NCBI RefSeq assembly: GCF_009914755.1
Contig: NC_060927.1
Length of the DNA stretch: 64,000 bases
Strand: one strand, 5' to 3'
Source: the human T2T-CHM13v2.0 reference genome, Homo sapiens
In this document: in pieces, positions 1 through 18,016 of the stretch
Layout of the letters: each line of letters opens with the position of its first letter
How positions within the stretch are numbered: the first letter of the stretch is position 1
Notes under the pieces: model-generated
What the model was told of the DNA's origin: nothing
The model's input: the letters and a program-made list of their open reading frames with translations, nothing else
Database searches by the model: none
Translations under genes and position numbers: made by a program

Positions 1-1309
1 CGGCTTCCTGTTTCTGTGCGTGTCATCCTTCCCCTTCAAGACTGTGGTCACCGTGAGGGCCAGGGCCATGCCTGTTCCTGATTCTCATTTGTGTCTCTGG
101 TGTTTAGTATATGCTTACCTAGAATTTGATTAATGAATGACGGCATATCCATTTTACAGATGAGAAAGTTGAGGCTCAAGAACATCGTGTAACTTGCTCG
201 GTATTAGATAGTGATGGTTTGAAGCGATCTGGCTGGTCGCTGGGTGCACACTCTTAACCACTTCACTATGGTTCTTCTCTCATGGTAGCTCTCCAACAGC
301 AGGAGTGAGAGACAACTTTAGGACAGGTGTAACCAGAATCCCAGGGGTTATCCTAGAAGGTGGTGTCAGGAACATGCTTGCCTATGGGCCTTCTTACTGT
401 ATTGCATAAAATACTCAGTTTTTCTGACTCGCCTTTAGTAAAGACCTTAGCAATATTTGAAGCACAGTTGTCAGTAGGAAAGGGTGGGTGTTTATACTTT
501 TTTAAAAAGGAGTCTATATCATATTTATCTTGTGGTCTGCCATGCCCACCGCTCTTCTTCAGCTTCAGTTATGCAAAATTCACACTTCTCCTCTTGACTG
601 CCTCTCTCTTACCTGTTCAGTTTCTTTTCTGTGTTCGAGATTGCTTAGAATTTTTCCCCATTACTACAGCCTGCTTCCCACCTGTATCCCCCAGCCAGCT
701 TGTTCTGGATTTTGTCAACAACAGTTCCAGCGTTTAGTGAGGGCTGGACTGAAGGAAAGCCTTGGAAAAGGCTGCGTGATGAAAGGTGAAGATACCTAAT
801 GGGCAGGCAGTCATCAGGGTTAATTCAAAGGCTGGAAGAAGGGCTCACCTGGAGGACTGGAAATGTCTTTGAGCTGAAGGTCATGTGCAGGTGGAACGAA
901 GAGGGTGAGCCTTTTGGGGTGAACTGCAAGTATTTGATAAGATCCCTGTCCCCATGGTTGGGGAAGTCTTGATAAGCATCCTCAATGTGATGGAAGGATC
1001 AAGGAACCCGTGGCTCTACCTGTCCAGCATGGCAGCAACATGACACAGCCAAGTTATTGATTATTGGTTGCCCAGCTGTCATCACTCAACATCTTCTGTT
1101 AGTTATAGCTGTAATTTGCACTAGTTGTCAATGCCAGTTTTGACTTTCCTAGTCAATAAAGTGTTCGGAGAGTGGCGACTAAGGCTGAGCACTACCCATA
1201 ATCATGAGTATTACAGAGGCAAGCCCCCTTGCCCACCCACCTGCAGGTGATGACACACCCTAGGAAATCACTCAATTCTTTGGAGGACCCTGAATAAAAG
1301 CTCAAGTCC

Positions 1310-1745
1310 ATCTGTTCATCTGTCCGTCCATCCATCCACCATTCCATCCATCCATCCATCCATCCATCCATCCAGACATGCATACATCCATCCACCCACC
1401 TACCCATCTATCCACCCACCACCCACCCATCTATCCATCCAACCCACTCTCTTATGCACCCAGCTATCATCCACCTAGCCACCCACCAACCCATTTATAC
1501 ATCCACTCACCCATGCATCTATCCACCCATTCACTCATCTACCCATCTATCCACCCACCCGTGGATCCATTTATCTATCCCTCCACCCCCTCACTCACTC
1601 ATCCATTTCTCCACCCACTCAGCCATCCCTTCACCGACTCAACCATCCATTCATTCATCCACCTGCCCACCCACCCATCTTTCCATCCACCCATCTATCC
1701 ACCCACCCACCTATGTATCCATCCACTGCTTGTCCTTCTGTTCAT
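1310..1745. repeat. (CCAT/CCAC)n degenerate simple repeat
   Basis: Visible tandem tetramers. Confidence 0.95.
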
Positions 1746-2641
1746 TTATTCCACAAAGACTCATTAACCACCTACTAGATTCTGGGGAGGTATCTGCTCT
1801 AGTAATTGAGAACATGGTTTCTGGAATCTGATTCCCTGGGCTCAAATTGAGCTGCCTCCTAGCTAGCTGCTTGGGTAAGTTATAGAAACTGTGCTTTGAT
1901 TTTCTTATCTGAAAATTGGCTATTAATAGCTTCTACTCTTGCAGATATAGTGAGGATTAAATAAGATGTCACGTTAAAAGTGCATCATCGACACTCAATA
2001 GAGATTAGGTTTTACCATTCATTATTATTCTTTGCAGATGCTGCAGATAACGTGGAGAGCATATGAAAGGCACATGTTTTAACCAATAGTGACATACAGG
2101 TGCTAAGTTCTGCAGTAGGGGAAGGGCAGAAAGCCATGGAGAGGGCCTGGCCCAATCCTGGAGCCTCAGAAAAAAGTTCGCCTTTGAATTGCTGTTTTAG
2201 CTGAGACTTAGTAGTTGGAGATCCCAGACAGGAGGTGACAGAGTTAGCCAGGGAAAAATTGGGTCCTGGCACCCATGGCAGAGTTGAGTGATCCAGTCTT
2301 TCTCTCTCCTCTGGCTGGAAGTCCACCAGATCTGGGAATGTCCAGTTGGGGGAGGGGGCTGACAATGATCATGACCTTCACCTGTCCTCACATGTCCTCT
2401 GTGTATCTGCAAAGCCTCTGCCTCAGTCTCCTCTTCTGGAAAGTGGGATTGGAAACCACATCTGCTTCTCTCCCAGGACTTCTAGGAAGACAAGATTAGA
2501 TGGCAGGTGAGAGCTCTTTGAAAATGAAAACATTCTGCTATTTGAATGCAAAGTGTTCTTCTTTGCCTGTGATGTTTCCTAATCTGTGAAATCATACTGG
2601 ACCTCGAAGCTGTGTATTAAAAAAAAAAAAAATAGCAAAGT

Positions 2642-2955
2642 GGCTGGGCAGGGTGGCTCATGCCTGTAGTCCTAGCACTTTGAGAGGCTGAGGGGGTTGG
2701 ATCACTTGAGGCCAGGAGTTCGATACCAGCCTGGCCAATATGTGAAACCCCATCTCTACTAAAAATACAAAAATTAGCCAGGTGTGGTGGCATCTGCCTG
2801 TAGTTCCAGCTACTCAGGAGGCTGAGGCACAAGAATCATTTGAGCTCAGGAGGCAGAGGTTGCAGTGAGCCGAGATGGCACCACTGCACTCCAGCCTGGG
2901 CGACAGAGCGAGGCTCTGTCTGAAAACAGAAAAAAAAAAAAAAAAAAAAAAAAAA
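2642..2955 (+). mobile_element. Alu (S-like)
   Basis: Dimeric Alu with polyA; AGCAAAGT repeated on both flanks. Confidence 0.95.
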
Positions 2956-3852
2956 GCAAAGTTAACACTTCCTCCATCTCTCCCCTAGGGGAGGCAATTT
3001 GTCAAAGATTGTTGTTGGATTTTACACACAGGGAAATCTAAGGAAGGTGTGGAAACCAGACCAGGACTCTCGTCTCCCTGTTTACAGGGTCTTAAATGGG
3101 GGAGCCACTTTGGGTTCTTTCCACAAGATTGCTTTGTAAAAAAAACAAGAAACAAACAAAAAACTCAAAAAAACAGCCCTGACCTAAATATTCACAAGGG
3201 ACCTTAGGCAATATCTGCAAACAAAAGTGAATGATGAGTGGAATCTGTCATCTTTACAACTAAGACAGCTCCAGAGTTGAAGCAAGTGGAAATATCTCTA
3301 GAGACAGAGACTTGGGCGGGTTTTGCCAGTTACAAGCTATGAGAACCTGGGCAGGTTTACCTCTCTGAGCTTCTGTGACCTTGTAAAATAGGCAGCTTTG
3401 CGCTAAACTTGCAGGAGGAATCCCAGCATCCTCCTGTGCACAAGGCTGGTTTCTTCCCATCCTTTTCCTTGTTCTGCCTCTCTCCTCCTCTCCAAGAAAT
3501 GAATACATTTGGACCCAGTAGGGGCCTATGTTTGCAAAAGCTCGCAGGTGATTCTCATGCAGCCAGCCTGGCTCTGGCACTGAGGTCTTGGACACTTCTG
3601 GAGGCACATTTACTAATGAGGAAGGTCACTGTGTGCTGAAGGCATGATTCATCTTCCATTCCTTTCTTCCATGAAGCAAGGTGCATGGGTTGACTGAGCT
3701 GGGAGAGTCCACAGTGTCAGCCTCCCCCACGCTTCCCTCCCTCCTTATTCCTTGTGTGCTGTACTTTGTCTTGATTTCCTGTACTCTGCATCAAGCCAGG
3801 AGATGGTAAGATCTCAAAAAAATCATTTTTTTGGGAAATGGGACTAAGAGGG

Positions 3853-4152
3853 TTTTGGTTTGCCTGTTTGTTTGAGACAGGGTCTGTCACCCAGGCTGGA
3901 GTGCAGTGGCGTGACCTTGGCTCACTGCAGCCTTGACCTTCTGGGCTCAGGTGATCCTCCCACCTCAGCCTCCTGAGTAGCTGGGACTGCAGGTGCACAC
4001 CGCCATGCCTGATTAATTTGTCTATTTTTTGTAGAGACGAGGATTCACCATGTTGCCTAGGCTGGTCTCAAACTCCTAGGCTCAAGCAGTCCTCCATCCA
4101 CCTCGGCCTCCCAAAGTGCTGGGATTACAGGCATGAGCTGCTGTGCCTGGCC
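3853..4152 (-). mobile_element. Alu (J-like)
   Basis: Reverse Alu consensus. Confidence 0.9.
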
Positions 4153-4605
4153 AAGGTTTTTTTTTATTATTATTATGAAAAATTTTCAATATACATAAAA
4201 GTAGAGAGACTAGTTTAATGAGCTATCATATACCCATCACATAGGTTTAAAAACTGTTAACGTTTGCAATATTTACTCCATTTGTTTTTCTGAAGTATTT
4301 AAAAATTAGTTTACAGTAGTTTTGTAATTGCATCATGATATTCACCCCTACGTAATTTACTTTCCCTTTAAAAACATGAGGGCATTTTTTATATGATCAT
4401 TGTCATACCTAATCAAATTACCAGTAATTCCTTAATATCCTCTAAGATCAAGTTTACATTCAGATGTCTTCTCCTCAAAATGTCAATTGTGATTATTTTT
4501 TCTTTGAGCAAAGATAATAAGATCTCAAGATTTAATGACAGAGATTCCATGTTAGCCCTGATGTCTAAGCTCTGTGGTCCATTGTGGCTTTACTTGAAAG
4601 TCTCA

Positions 4606-4965
<360 letters not shown>

Positions 4966-5495
4966 CTACTGAACAAAAACCATGGGATACCAATGCTAGA
5001 GGAAGAAGCATCATCCTCAGTTTCTACTAACTCAACCATGCATGAGATGGGGACTTGGTGTCCAAGAGAAGAGCCTCTTTTTAGGTCTTCAGCCTTGGTC
5101 AAACCATTTCTGAATTCCTCATACACATATAATCAGGTGCTATGAGTGGTACTGATTGGATAATCTTTCTGTCGTTTCCTGTGCTAGGAAGGAAAATACA
5201 TGTACAGCCAACTTCCTTGAGGGTTCGTTCTTTTGCATCAGGGTGTCTCAAACTCCTGCCCTTAAAACACCTGCAAGAGAATCATCCAGGCGGCTTGCTC
5301 ACTCTGCATGCAGACCCTTTAGAATCAGAGTCAGAATCCCTGGGGCTGGAGCCACAAAATGAAATGACATTTCAACAAGTTTGTCATCACGTAAGAGAGA
5401 ATAGGTGAGTATTTGGATACCTATAATACAAAGTAGATTCAAAAAGAATGACGATTATTTTAAATGTTGTGTTTTTAAAAATTTAATACAGAAAA

Positions 5496-5838
5496 GGCTG
5501 GGCACGGTGGCTCACGCCTGTAATCCTAGCACTTTGGGAGGCCAAGGTGGGTGGATCATTTGAGGTCAGGAGTTCAAGACCAGCCTGGCCAACAAGGTGA
5601 AACCCCACCTCTACTAAAAATATAAAAATTAGCCAGGCGGTAGTGGTGCGCGCCTGTAATCCCAGCTACAGGGGAAGCTGAGGCAGGAGAATTGCTTAAG
5701 CCTGGGAGGCGGAGGTTTGGTGAGCTGAGATCGTACCACTGCACTGCAATGTGGGTGACAATTGTTTAACCACCACCAAAATGGGTTCTGAGTCCAAATA
5801 TTAATATGAAGGACATTGGTGACATTGTCTCAAAAAAA
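5496..5838 (+). mobile_element. Alu carrying a non-Alu insert near its 3' end
   Basis: TSD-like TTAATACAGAAAAG on both sides; 5761-5823 is not Alu sequence. Confidence 0.9.
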
Positions 5839-6174
5839 TTAATACAGAAAAGTACAAAAAGGGAGAGAAATCACCCCAAATCTCACGACCCCAAGAAATA
5901 AACCTCCTAATATTAAGTGAACAGCATTCCTTGCTGTGCACAAAGATGGCTAGAGACATGAACAGACACTTCTGATCACACAAAATGAGATTTTAAAAAC
6001 AAGAAGTAGCAAATTGAATGCTGTGTAAATTTATCAGAAGAAAAAGAAATGGAAGTGAAACAGAAGGAACTGGTCAACTCAGGTAAATGTAGTTTTTCCT
6101 CACTAAAAATCAGTTTCTAGAACATCTAAGAAATCAAAGATGATGAAAAATATTAAGATGTTTTATATATATGT

Positions 6175-6632
6175 AAAAGTCTTCACAGTTGATTGATCAT
6201 CTCATGAAAAATTTGTACAGTCACTGCAAATAAAGTCATTGCAAAATCTTTACTCCTTTTGCTTTTTGCCAGCACTGACATTGGCCTTTGCAGTCTCTTG
6301 ACTTCATTCTGCCCTCGCATTCCTTTTGCTGTTTTCTTGAGGTCATTTCTTCTCATGCCAGCTGTGTCTTGCAAGTCTATGTTCGAGTTCATTTTTCTTT
6401 GCATAATTCAAAGAACCAGATAGCATGCCAAAGCCCATTGTTTAACCACCACCAACACGGGTTCTGAGTCCAACTATTAATATGAAGATGACACCTATTG
6501 TGGTCTTGTACATTTTGTTGCCTTTCCGGGGTGAAGGACATTGGTGACCATTTGTTTCCTCTGGAGTGGTCGATTGGTCATGAACTTCCTGGTCCAGATA
6601 GTTACTGTGTCATTTATCATGGTGGTTGATCC
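6175..6632 (-). pseudogene. RPS24: RPS24 processed pseudogene, degenerate
   Basis: Hand translation: [31 protein letters not shown] / [28 protein letters not shown] / AGKK; intronless, with an internal deletion. Confidence 0.88.
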
Positions 6633-7024
6633 TCAGGTAGTTAGGGAGGAAAATAAGCAAGAAGTTATATATTTAAAACCACGTTTCAATTTTAGACCTG
6701 ATTAATTGACTTAATAAAGGGCATTAGCGCTTCTACTTCCTACAGTCCCTCCCTTTACCTCTGGAAACTAGTTATTTCTAGGTTATTTTATGTTGTTAAG
6801 GTTGACCACCTTCTCTTTCTGTTCTGCAATCATAGCCCTATTTTTAAATGGATTCACCTCTCATAATTAGCCTTTTGTCATGGTCATTCAATTCACAAGT
6901 TGCTTATTTTTTAATTTCTTGGCTGACTAAATTTCATTATGAAGACTTTTTTTTAAAAAAGAGCTCAGAAATACTGTACTCTTTAAGTTCTTCAACATGT
7001 GATCATGTCTTTTGCCTATTTTGA

Positions 7025-7433
<409 letters not shown>

Positions 7434-7800
7434 CATTGTGCTTTGTACTAACCCCCTTTCCCTGGTCTCTTCCAGCTTGTCTTCTTCTCTCCCAGTAGTT
7501 TCTTCATGAAGAGGCCATGTGCTATATTCCATGAGATATTTCACACTCAAAGAAGACTTCTTTTATACTCTTTTGATAATTTGTCTGGGAATCACTGTCT
7601 TGATTTATAAGGGAGTTTGTAATAAATACAGTAAAAGAGAAACACACAACGTATTTTGAGACATCAGAGAAGAGAGAAACCAATTCTATTAATATTTGGG
7701 GTTAGCAGGGAAGGCTTAGTTAAGAGGTAACATTTGAACTAAGCCTTGAAATAAGGGAAGGATTTGGACATGCAGTAATGGGGAGAGAGTAGAAGCAAGA

Positions 7801-8260
7801 CATGATGGTTAGTGTTATGTATCAATTGGACTTGGTTGTGGGGTGCCCAGATATTTGGCTACACATTATTCTGGGTGTGTCTCTGAGATATTCTGGATGA
7901 GGATAACATTTAATTGGTAGACTGAATAAAGCAGATTGTCCTCCCCAATGTGGGTGAGCCTCATCCAATCCACTGAAGGCCTGAACAAAACAAAAAGGTA
8001 GAGTCACAGAGAATTTGCTCTTTTTACCTGATTATATTTGAGCTGGGACATCAATCTTGTCCTGACTTTAGATGTGGACTCGAGTTGGAACTATATCATT
8101 GGCTGTCCTGGGTCCCCAGCTTGCTGGCTGCAGACTTCAGGACTCCTTAGCCTCCATAACCATGTGAGCCATCCCTTACAACTAATCAATCTGTCTCTCT
8201 CTATGTGTATAGCTCTACCTCTATCTCTCTGCTCTTTCTCTGGAGAACCTAGAACAATAC
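7801..8260 (+). mobile_element. MLT2-type (ERVL) solo LTR
   Basis: TGATGGTTA...GGAGAACC..AATACA termini; GCAGATTGTCCTCCCCAATGTGGGTG motif. Confidence 0.75.
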
Positions 8261-8837
8261 ACAAGGTTATATTAGAGAAGAGGATGACCCAAGGAAAAGC
8301 ATGGAGGCAGAAAAATGCAAAGAGGGTTTGGGAAGACTGGGGTCCTGACGGGGAGTTTGGATTTCACTGTGTGTAGCATGGAGAATCCTTGAAAATATTC
8401 AAGAGGTGAAAATTGTATTTGTGGAAGAACACCAGGAGTATGTGAAAAGAAAAACACTCACTCCATTTTAACTCCACTGAAGGAGGCATCAAAGGGATGC
8501 ACTGGGGACATGGGGTGGAGGGTAGTTGAGGCCATATCTGGAGGATCTTTACTTCTAGGCTGAGTCTGAAGTTATCTTTCTGGGGAGTGGGAGATTACAA
8601 ATCTTTGAGCTCCACTCAAGAGATGGTTTTGCTAACAATGGCAGGGTGACGGTGGTGGTGGTGGTGGTGGGAAACTGGTAGCATGAATTCTAATTGGGCT
8701 TCTGTTATTCTAGCCGAGAAAGTTGGGGAATGGACTTTCGGTAGAATAATACAGACCTGGGAATCAACTGCATGGAGGAGGTAGTTATAGGTGATGAGAT
8801 GGCTCAGGGACAAAGTTTGGTAGAAGGAGAAAAGATA

Positions 8838-8917
8838 CTAGGCTGGTACAAAAATAATTGCTGTTTTTGCCATTACTTTTAATGGCAAAATCCACAGTTA
8901 CTTTTGCACCAACCTAA
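8838..8917. mobile_element. MADE1 mariner MITE (80-bp palindrome)
   Basis: TAGGCTGGTACAAAA...TTTTGCACCAACCTAA inverted repeats, flanked by TA. Confidence 0.9.
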
Positions 8918-10583
8918 TAGGATGCAAACTTCGGAGCCATCTGCATCAGAGGGATTGATGAAGATCAGCAAAGTTTGGGAACACAGGAAAGGAGCGGGGA
9001 GGGTAATGACTTGAGGGCATAGCAGGGATAATCAAGGTTTTTCTTGTTAGCATGTGGAGACTTAAGCATGATTATATGTTAAATGCCTGGCACATACATG
9101 GTGCAAAATATTTATGAGTGAAATGACAAGTGAAGGTGGTGAGTCACGGGAGTTCCAAGGGAACGGGTGATAAAGGGAGGTCTCAAATGAGGCACAAGTG
9201 GAGAAGGTAGCTTGGGAAAGGAGAAGGATGCTTCTCCTTATAACATGGGAAAGGCAGAGGAAGAGAGTCAAGGTACAGTGATCTAGGGGTGAGATGGAAG
9301 TGAGTTGAGAGAACTCAACTCTGGGCTCTGAAACCCCTAGGAATGGGTTTGGGGGGCTTTGAGATATGGAAGAGGTTTAAAGTTAATTGTTATAGCAAAT
9401 ATGGTTTGGAATTTATTTGTGATGCTTAAAAATATTGCTGAACAGAAGTGAAGTCTACCCTAGAGTTGGATGGTGAGATTATTTAGTGGAACTACCAGAT
9501 CCATGTTGTGATTCTTTCTAGTATCATTCAGCAGCCCTTGGGCAATTGCGAGGCAAGTCATCAATGGGGTATGGAGATTTTCCAGGTGGGTGTGGTTGAA
9601 GGCAGGGAAGAACAAGTTTAGGAGCACATTACAAGAAGAAGGTGACTGTAAGGTCCAGGCTGAGCAGGAAGGTAAAGCAAGAAGGAAACATGAGGTTGTG
9701 AAGAGAAGTTTAGAGGGATGAGGAGGCAGGAGAGATGAGAGTTGCAGGATGTAGCTAGAGTGGCGATGTTAGATCTTGGGGCCAGAGAGCTTTACAATGA
9801 GTATGAAGATCAAAGGGCATTAGAATCAAGCTATAAAGAGCCACTGTTTGATGTTGGGATGTTAGGATGCTGCAGGTGGATGTCTGCACATTGATGGTGA
9901 GAACATGGTCACCCTGGCCCTGCTGGGTCTTTGCTAAAGAGACTGTGCTCTGTTCTTGGGGCCGTTTTCATCACCTGATTAGAGCAGTGGTTCCCAAATG
10001 GTGTTCTTTGGACCATCTTTATAAAATGTTCATAGGTCAAGGATAAAATGGAAAAACAGAGAAAATGTCACAGAAATGTGCCCATTGGTGAAAGACCACC
10101 AGCTGTCCTTTTTGGAGGACTGTTCTTTATTCTAAAAATGTATATATTCTATTCTATTAAAATATTTTTGTATTTGCATTTTTTTCTCTTTTATGAAATG
10201 CCATGGGGTAGAAATTTGTAATGTATCCAATTCTCCTGTCTTCATGCGTTGCCCTGTGGTGGGGGAGGGGATGTGGCTAGTACTGGCCAAGAGGCTGGGG
10301 GCAGAGGTGCAGTGTTAGACTTCTAGCCTGGAGCATTTAATTCTTAGTACAAGACTCTCTAGCATTCTTCTCCTTCTGTTCCCTGCTTGGTGATACTCGA
10401 GGTAATGCAGCCCCCATTAGCCTTAGTCTTAGGGCAAGTTTGATGGAAAACAGAGCACCCCACACCTCCCTGCAGATGTAGCATGAGTGAGAAAAACAAC
10501 TACTGATGTTTGAAGTTACCAAGATTTAGGAGTTGTTTGTTATTGCAGCAAAACCTCACCTATTCTGACCAATCATGGTGGAA

Positions 10584-10587
<4 letters not shown>

Positions 10588-10627
<40 letters not shown>
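10588..10627. repeat. (TG)n microsatellite
   Basis: About 20 pure TG units. Confidence 0.97.
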
Positions 10628-10633
<6 letters not shown>

Positions 10634-11781
10634 GTAGTTTAAAAAAGTTCCTTCTTACCAAAAAGAAAAAAAAGTAGCAACCTTATGTTGGTTCTCAAAT
10701 TAATAAAATATTTTTACTGGTTTATAAAATAGAAAAATCTGAGAATCTGTAGCTTAGAGAACTACAGTGTGGGATGTCTATAAGGACCAGGTTATTTTAT
10801 CAGCTCCTAACACCCCTTAATAGAAGCTTAGCCAAGACTTGGACTATTTCAGTCTTTCCCATTCCACATTCCATGGACTCTTGAAGAGACATTGATGAAA
10901 CGGTGCAGCCATGAACCACCCTCACTCAATCCTAGTGGCAGAATCTCCCTTTTACTGCAGAATGAGCTTCTTGCTACAGTGATACTTGAACCCCTTAGAT
11001 ATATCCTGTACTAATTATATTAAAACACGACCAATGCTTTTGCTTTGTTGTCCCCCAAATTAAACACCTTAATCATGAGAACCCAGAGAATTGGATTTAG
11101 TGTGACTGATTCCAAACTGCCAGTAAGAACACAATTAGGTTATATTTTTCTCCAGTTCAAATAAAAGAAAATTGACAGTAAAATGCTGATCAATATGTGT
11201 AGCTCAGGAGGTAGAGCCTGCTTTGAGATGCAGAAGTGTTTGTTTTTTTTAGATCTATATTCTTGAGTAAAGAAAAAATCCATCTCTCTTTCCTAGAGGG
11301 GAAGACTTTCAGAGTTGGGCTTGGCAACAGCCTATCAGAGGCTGAATTAAACAAATAGGTACCTCCCTTGAGTGAATGGTGCGTTTCTCCTGTTCAGGGA
11401 ACCGTGCTTTTATGGTGGAGTTTGCTTTCTGTCTTGGTCTCCGGATGTGTGTATCTGTGGGTGGATGTCTGCATGTAAATGGCAGTGTATACCTGTGTGG
11501 GTGTGTACAAAATTCCATGTGAATCTCAGCTTTGTGGGAATCTCCGGGTCTTGAGCCCAGCAGATGCCATTTGAAGAAAAATCACTTGAAAATGAGACAG
11601 AAAGAATGGAAACTAAATCCTAGCTCTAAAGGCACCAGACTGATTAAAAACAAAACTCTGGATCTTCTTTGTTTTGGACTCTACCTACCTCCAAATGACA
11701 TTTCTCTTTCCTATGAAATGATTAGAATGAGAGATCCTGAGCATGAAAGAGCAGATACTGTGTGATTGTGTGTATGTGAGG

Positions 11782-11998
11782 GTGTCAGCTGTGACACTGC
11801 TGACATTTCGGCTCAGCAATTTCTCTGTTGTATGTGTGGGGGTTCCCTGTGCATTTTAGGATGTTGAGCGGCATCCCTGGATCCCTGGACTCACTGGATG
11901 CAGTAACACAACTCCCCCCAAGTACAGACAACCCCCAGTGTCTCCAGATATTGCCTAATGTCCCCAGGGGGCAAAATAGCCCCATCTGAGAACTGCTG
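11782..11998. mobile_element. MER20-like hAT DNA transposon
   Basis: AGGATGTT.AGCGGCATCCCTGG and TCTCCAGATATTGCC..ATGTCCCC motifs. Confidence 0.65.
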
Positions 11999-12060
11999 CT
12001 TTCATAAAGTACAATGTCAGGTGAAATAGGTGGAGGCTGTTTGTAGTCAGCAGTTAGTAG

Positions 12061-12475
<415 letters not shown>

Positions 12476-12916
12476 AGTATGTTCAGTTTGTAAGAAAAGT
12501 ACTGTGTTGACCTCTTCTATGTGCACATTTCTTTAAGTAATAATTCAATAAAGCATTTAGAAAAATTGGTCATAATAGGAGTGATTTGTAGAGTGATTGG
12601 CATGAAAGCTGATCACCTTAATTTGAACTACTCTGAAATGAGCACCTGGGGCCACCAAGAGGAACCTTTCAAGGTGTCATAGCCAAGGATAGGAGTGTGT
12701 TGTGTACATCTCTGCATAAAGGATTTGCTGGTTACGTGGAAGGATGAAGCCTCCTTCTGAGGACACAGGCAGCAAGGCAAGTGGAAGCTCAAAGCATTGA
12801 GCTTTCTAAATGGACTTTGCTAAAATCTTGTGGATGACTCATGCTCTTAACATACACCTATGTACATATTGTCCATATAAACATTAATTCTGTAACAAGG
12901 CCCACACATAAGGGTA

Positions 12917-13209
12917 TTTTTTTGTTTTGAGACAGTCTTGCTTTATTGCCCAGGCTAGAGTACAGTGACATAATCGTGACTCACTGCAACCTCCACCTCC
13001 TGGGTTCAAGCAATGCTTGTGCCTCAGCCCCCCGAGTAGCTGGGACTACAGGTGCACACCACCATGCCTGGCTAATTTTTGTATTTTTAGTAGAGACAGG
13101 GTTTCACCATGTTGGCCAGGCTGGTCTCAAACTCCTGGCCTCAAGTGATCTGCCCACCTCAGCCTCCCAAAGTGTTGGGATTACAGGTGTGAGCCACTGT
13201 GTCTGGGCC
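12917..13209 (-). mobile_element. Alu (S-like)
   Basis: Reverse Alu consensus. Confidence 0.9.
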
Positions 13210-13341
13210 CACATGTAAGGTTTGAGTTGAGATAGAGAAACTCTGGCAGGACTGAGGAATTTGGCCACAGTCTCTGGGAAATATGCACAATTTCTGGAAT
13301 CTTCTCTACTTCCAGAGTTCCCACTTTCTATCTGTCTCCTA

Positions 13342-13728
<387 letters not shown>

Positions 13729-14359
13729 TCAGAGTTGACTCTAACACAAATTTGGTAAGAGCCCAAGGTCTGGCTGGGCAAGCACCTTGATCGGCCTCAT
13801 CCTGCAGCGTCTACTAGAATGAAGAGCACTTTTTTCTTTACTCATGAAAATGTTTTGTGCTTCGTACCTACAAGTACAATTTGAGTTAATTCTGCAAAAT
13901 TTGCCGCATAACTCTGCCTGTATTCTTAGCATTTTTCCTTGGAGAGATTTCTCAGCACATCATCTTTGGACTATGTGGAATTGGAAATTTACTTAGAGTC
14001 AACAACAAGTACAGGAAAGTCAGTTCTTAGTCAAGAGTTAGGTTTTCAAAGACAGTGGATAAAATAAAAAATCTAGTACAGTCAAGATTATACGTGCAAA
14101 TCCCCTCATCATTCATAAAGTTTAGCCGTCAGTCTTACCGTGGCTCACCAGGTCCAATCCATACTTCTTCCTCCACGATTGGAGCAGAGGGTGATTTTTT
14201 TTATGAGCAACTGATGAAGTCATTTAGAGACCATTTGCAGTAGGAGCCCTGTGTACTAGAGACCAATTAATGTGCCCTCATGGCACCATTTCTGCCTCTC
14301 TCCCTCTTTGTTCTTGCCAAGTACCCATAGTTCATTTTCCATAGATTAAAAGAGCCCAA

Positions 14360-15420
<1,061 letters not shown>

Positions 15421-15475
15421 GTGCAAAGAAAAAACAGCCCAAGTTGCAATTTTATTCAACACTTGATTGGCTTTA

Positions 15476-16970
<1,495 letters not shown>

Positions 16971-17339
16971 TATACATACATACATACATACATACATGCA
17001 TACATACACACACACACACACATGCACATACATACATACCCAGGCTCTACCTCCTGTGATTCTGACTCAGTAGGGTGGGGTATACCCTAGGGATCCTGCT
17101 GTTCAGCCTGGTCTGGGATCCACTTTTCACTGGGAACTGAGACACTGGCTGTGAGCCTTTCTGTCCTGTGATGTAGAGGTCATGGCGACACAGGCTGAAG
17201 CTTAAGGAGACCTGACTGTACGTTAGGTATTGTGCTGAACATCATCTCTTACTCTCACAGCAACATCCTTAGAAGGTTAATGGTGTGTCCCCGCTCTACA
17301 GATGAGGAACTGAGCTTTCAGAGGAGTTTAGCTTGTTCG

Positions 17340-18016
17340 AAACTTATTCTTCCTATTGGAAACTTTGTACCCTTTGAGCAGTGTCTCCTATCCCCTACGT
17401 TTCCTCCACCCCAGCCCCTGATAACCACTGTCCTACTCTCTATTTCTGTGAGTTCAACTTCTTTAGATTCCACATATAAGTAAAATCATGCAGTATCTGT
17501 CTTTCTGTGCCTGGCTTATATCACTTAACACAATGTCTTTCAAGTTCATCTATGTTGTTGAAAATGACAGGATTTCTTTCTTTTTTAAGAGTTAATAGTA
17601 TTCCGTTGTGTGTATATAGTACATTTGTTTTATCCTTTCATCCACTGATGGACACTTAGGTTGATTCTATATCTTGGGTATTGTGAATAGAGCTGCAGTG
17701 AACATAGGAATGTAGGGATCCCTTCGAAATATTGATTTCGATTTTTTTTTTGTCTATACCCAGAAGTTGGGTTGCTGGATTATATGCTTTGAAATCTATA
17801 GCACAGCAGCGTGACTATAGTCAATAATAATGTATCTTTCAAAATAACTAAGAGGCTACATTTCAAATGTCTCATCATAAAAATTGTCAGTAAATTAGGG
17901 GATGGACATGTTAATTAGTTTGATCTAATCATCCCACATTGTATACACATATCAAAACATCACATAAATGTGTACAATTATGATTTGTCAATTAAAATAA
18001 TGTTAGTTAAAAAAAT
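17340..18016. mobile_element. L1MA-type 3' end with 5' inversion, inserted in a MIR
   Basis: Minus segment 17340-17788, plus segment 17790-18016; MIR halves on both flanks. Confidence 0.72.

Noticed and set aside
1192-1831. His/Pro- and Trp/Met-rich ORFs
   Set aside because: Translations of the (CCAT)n repeat.
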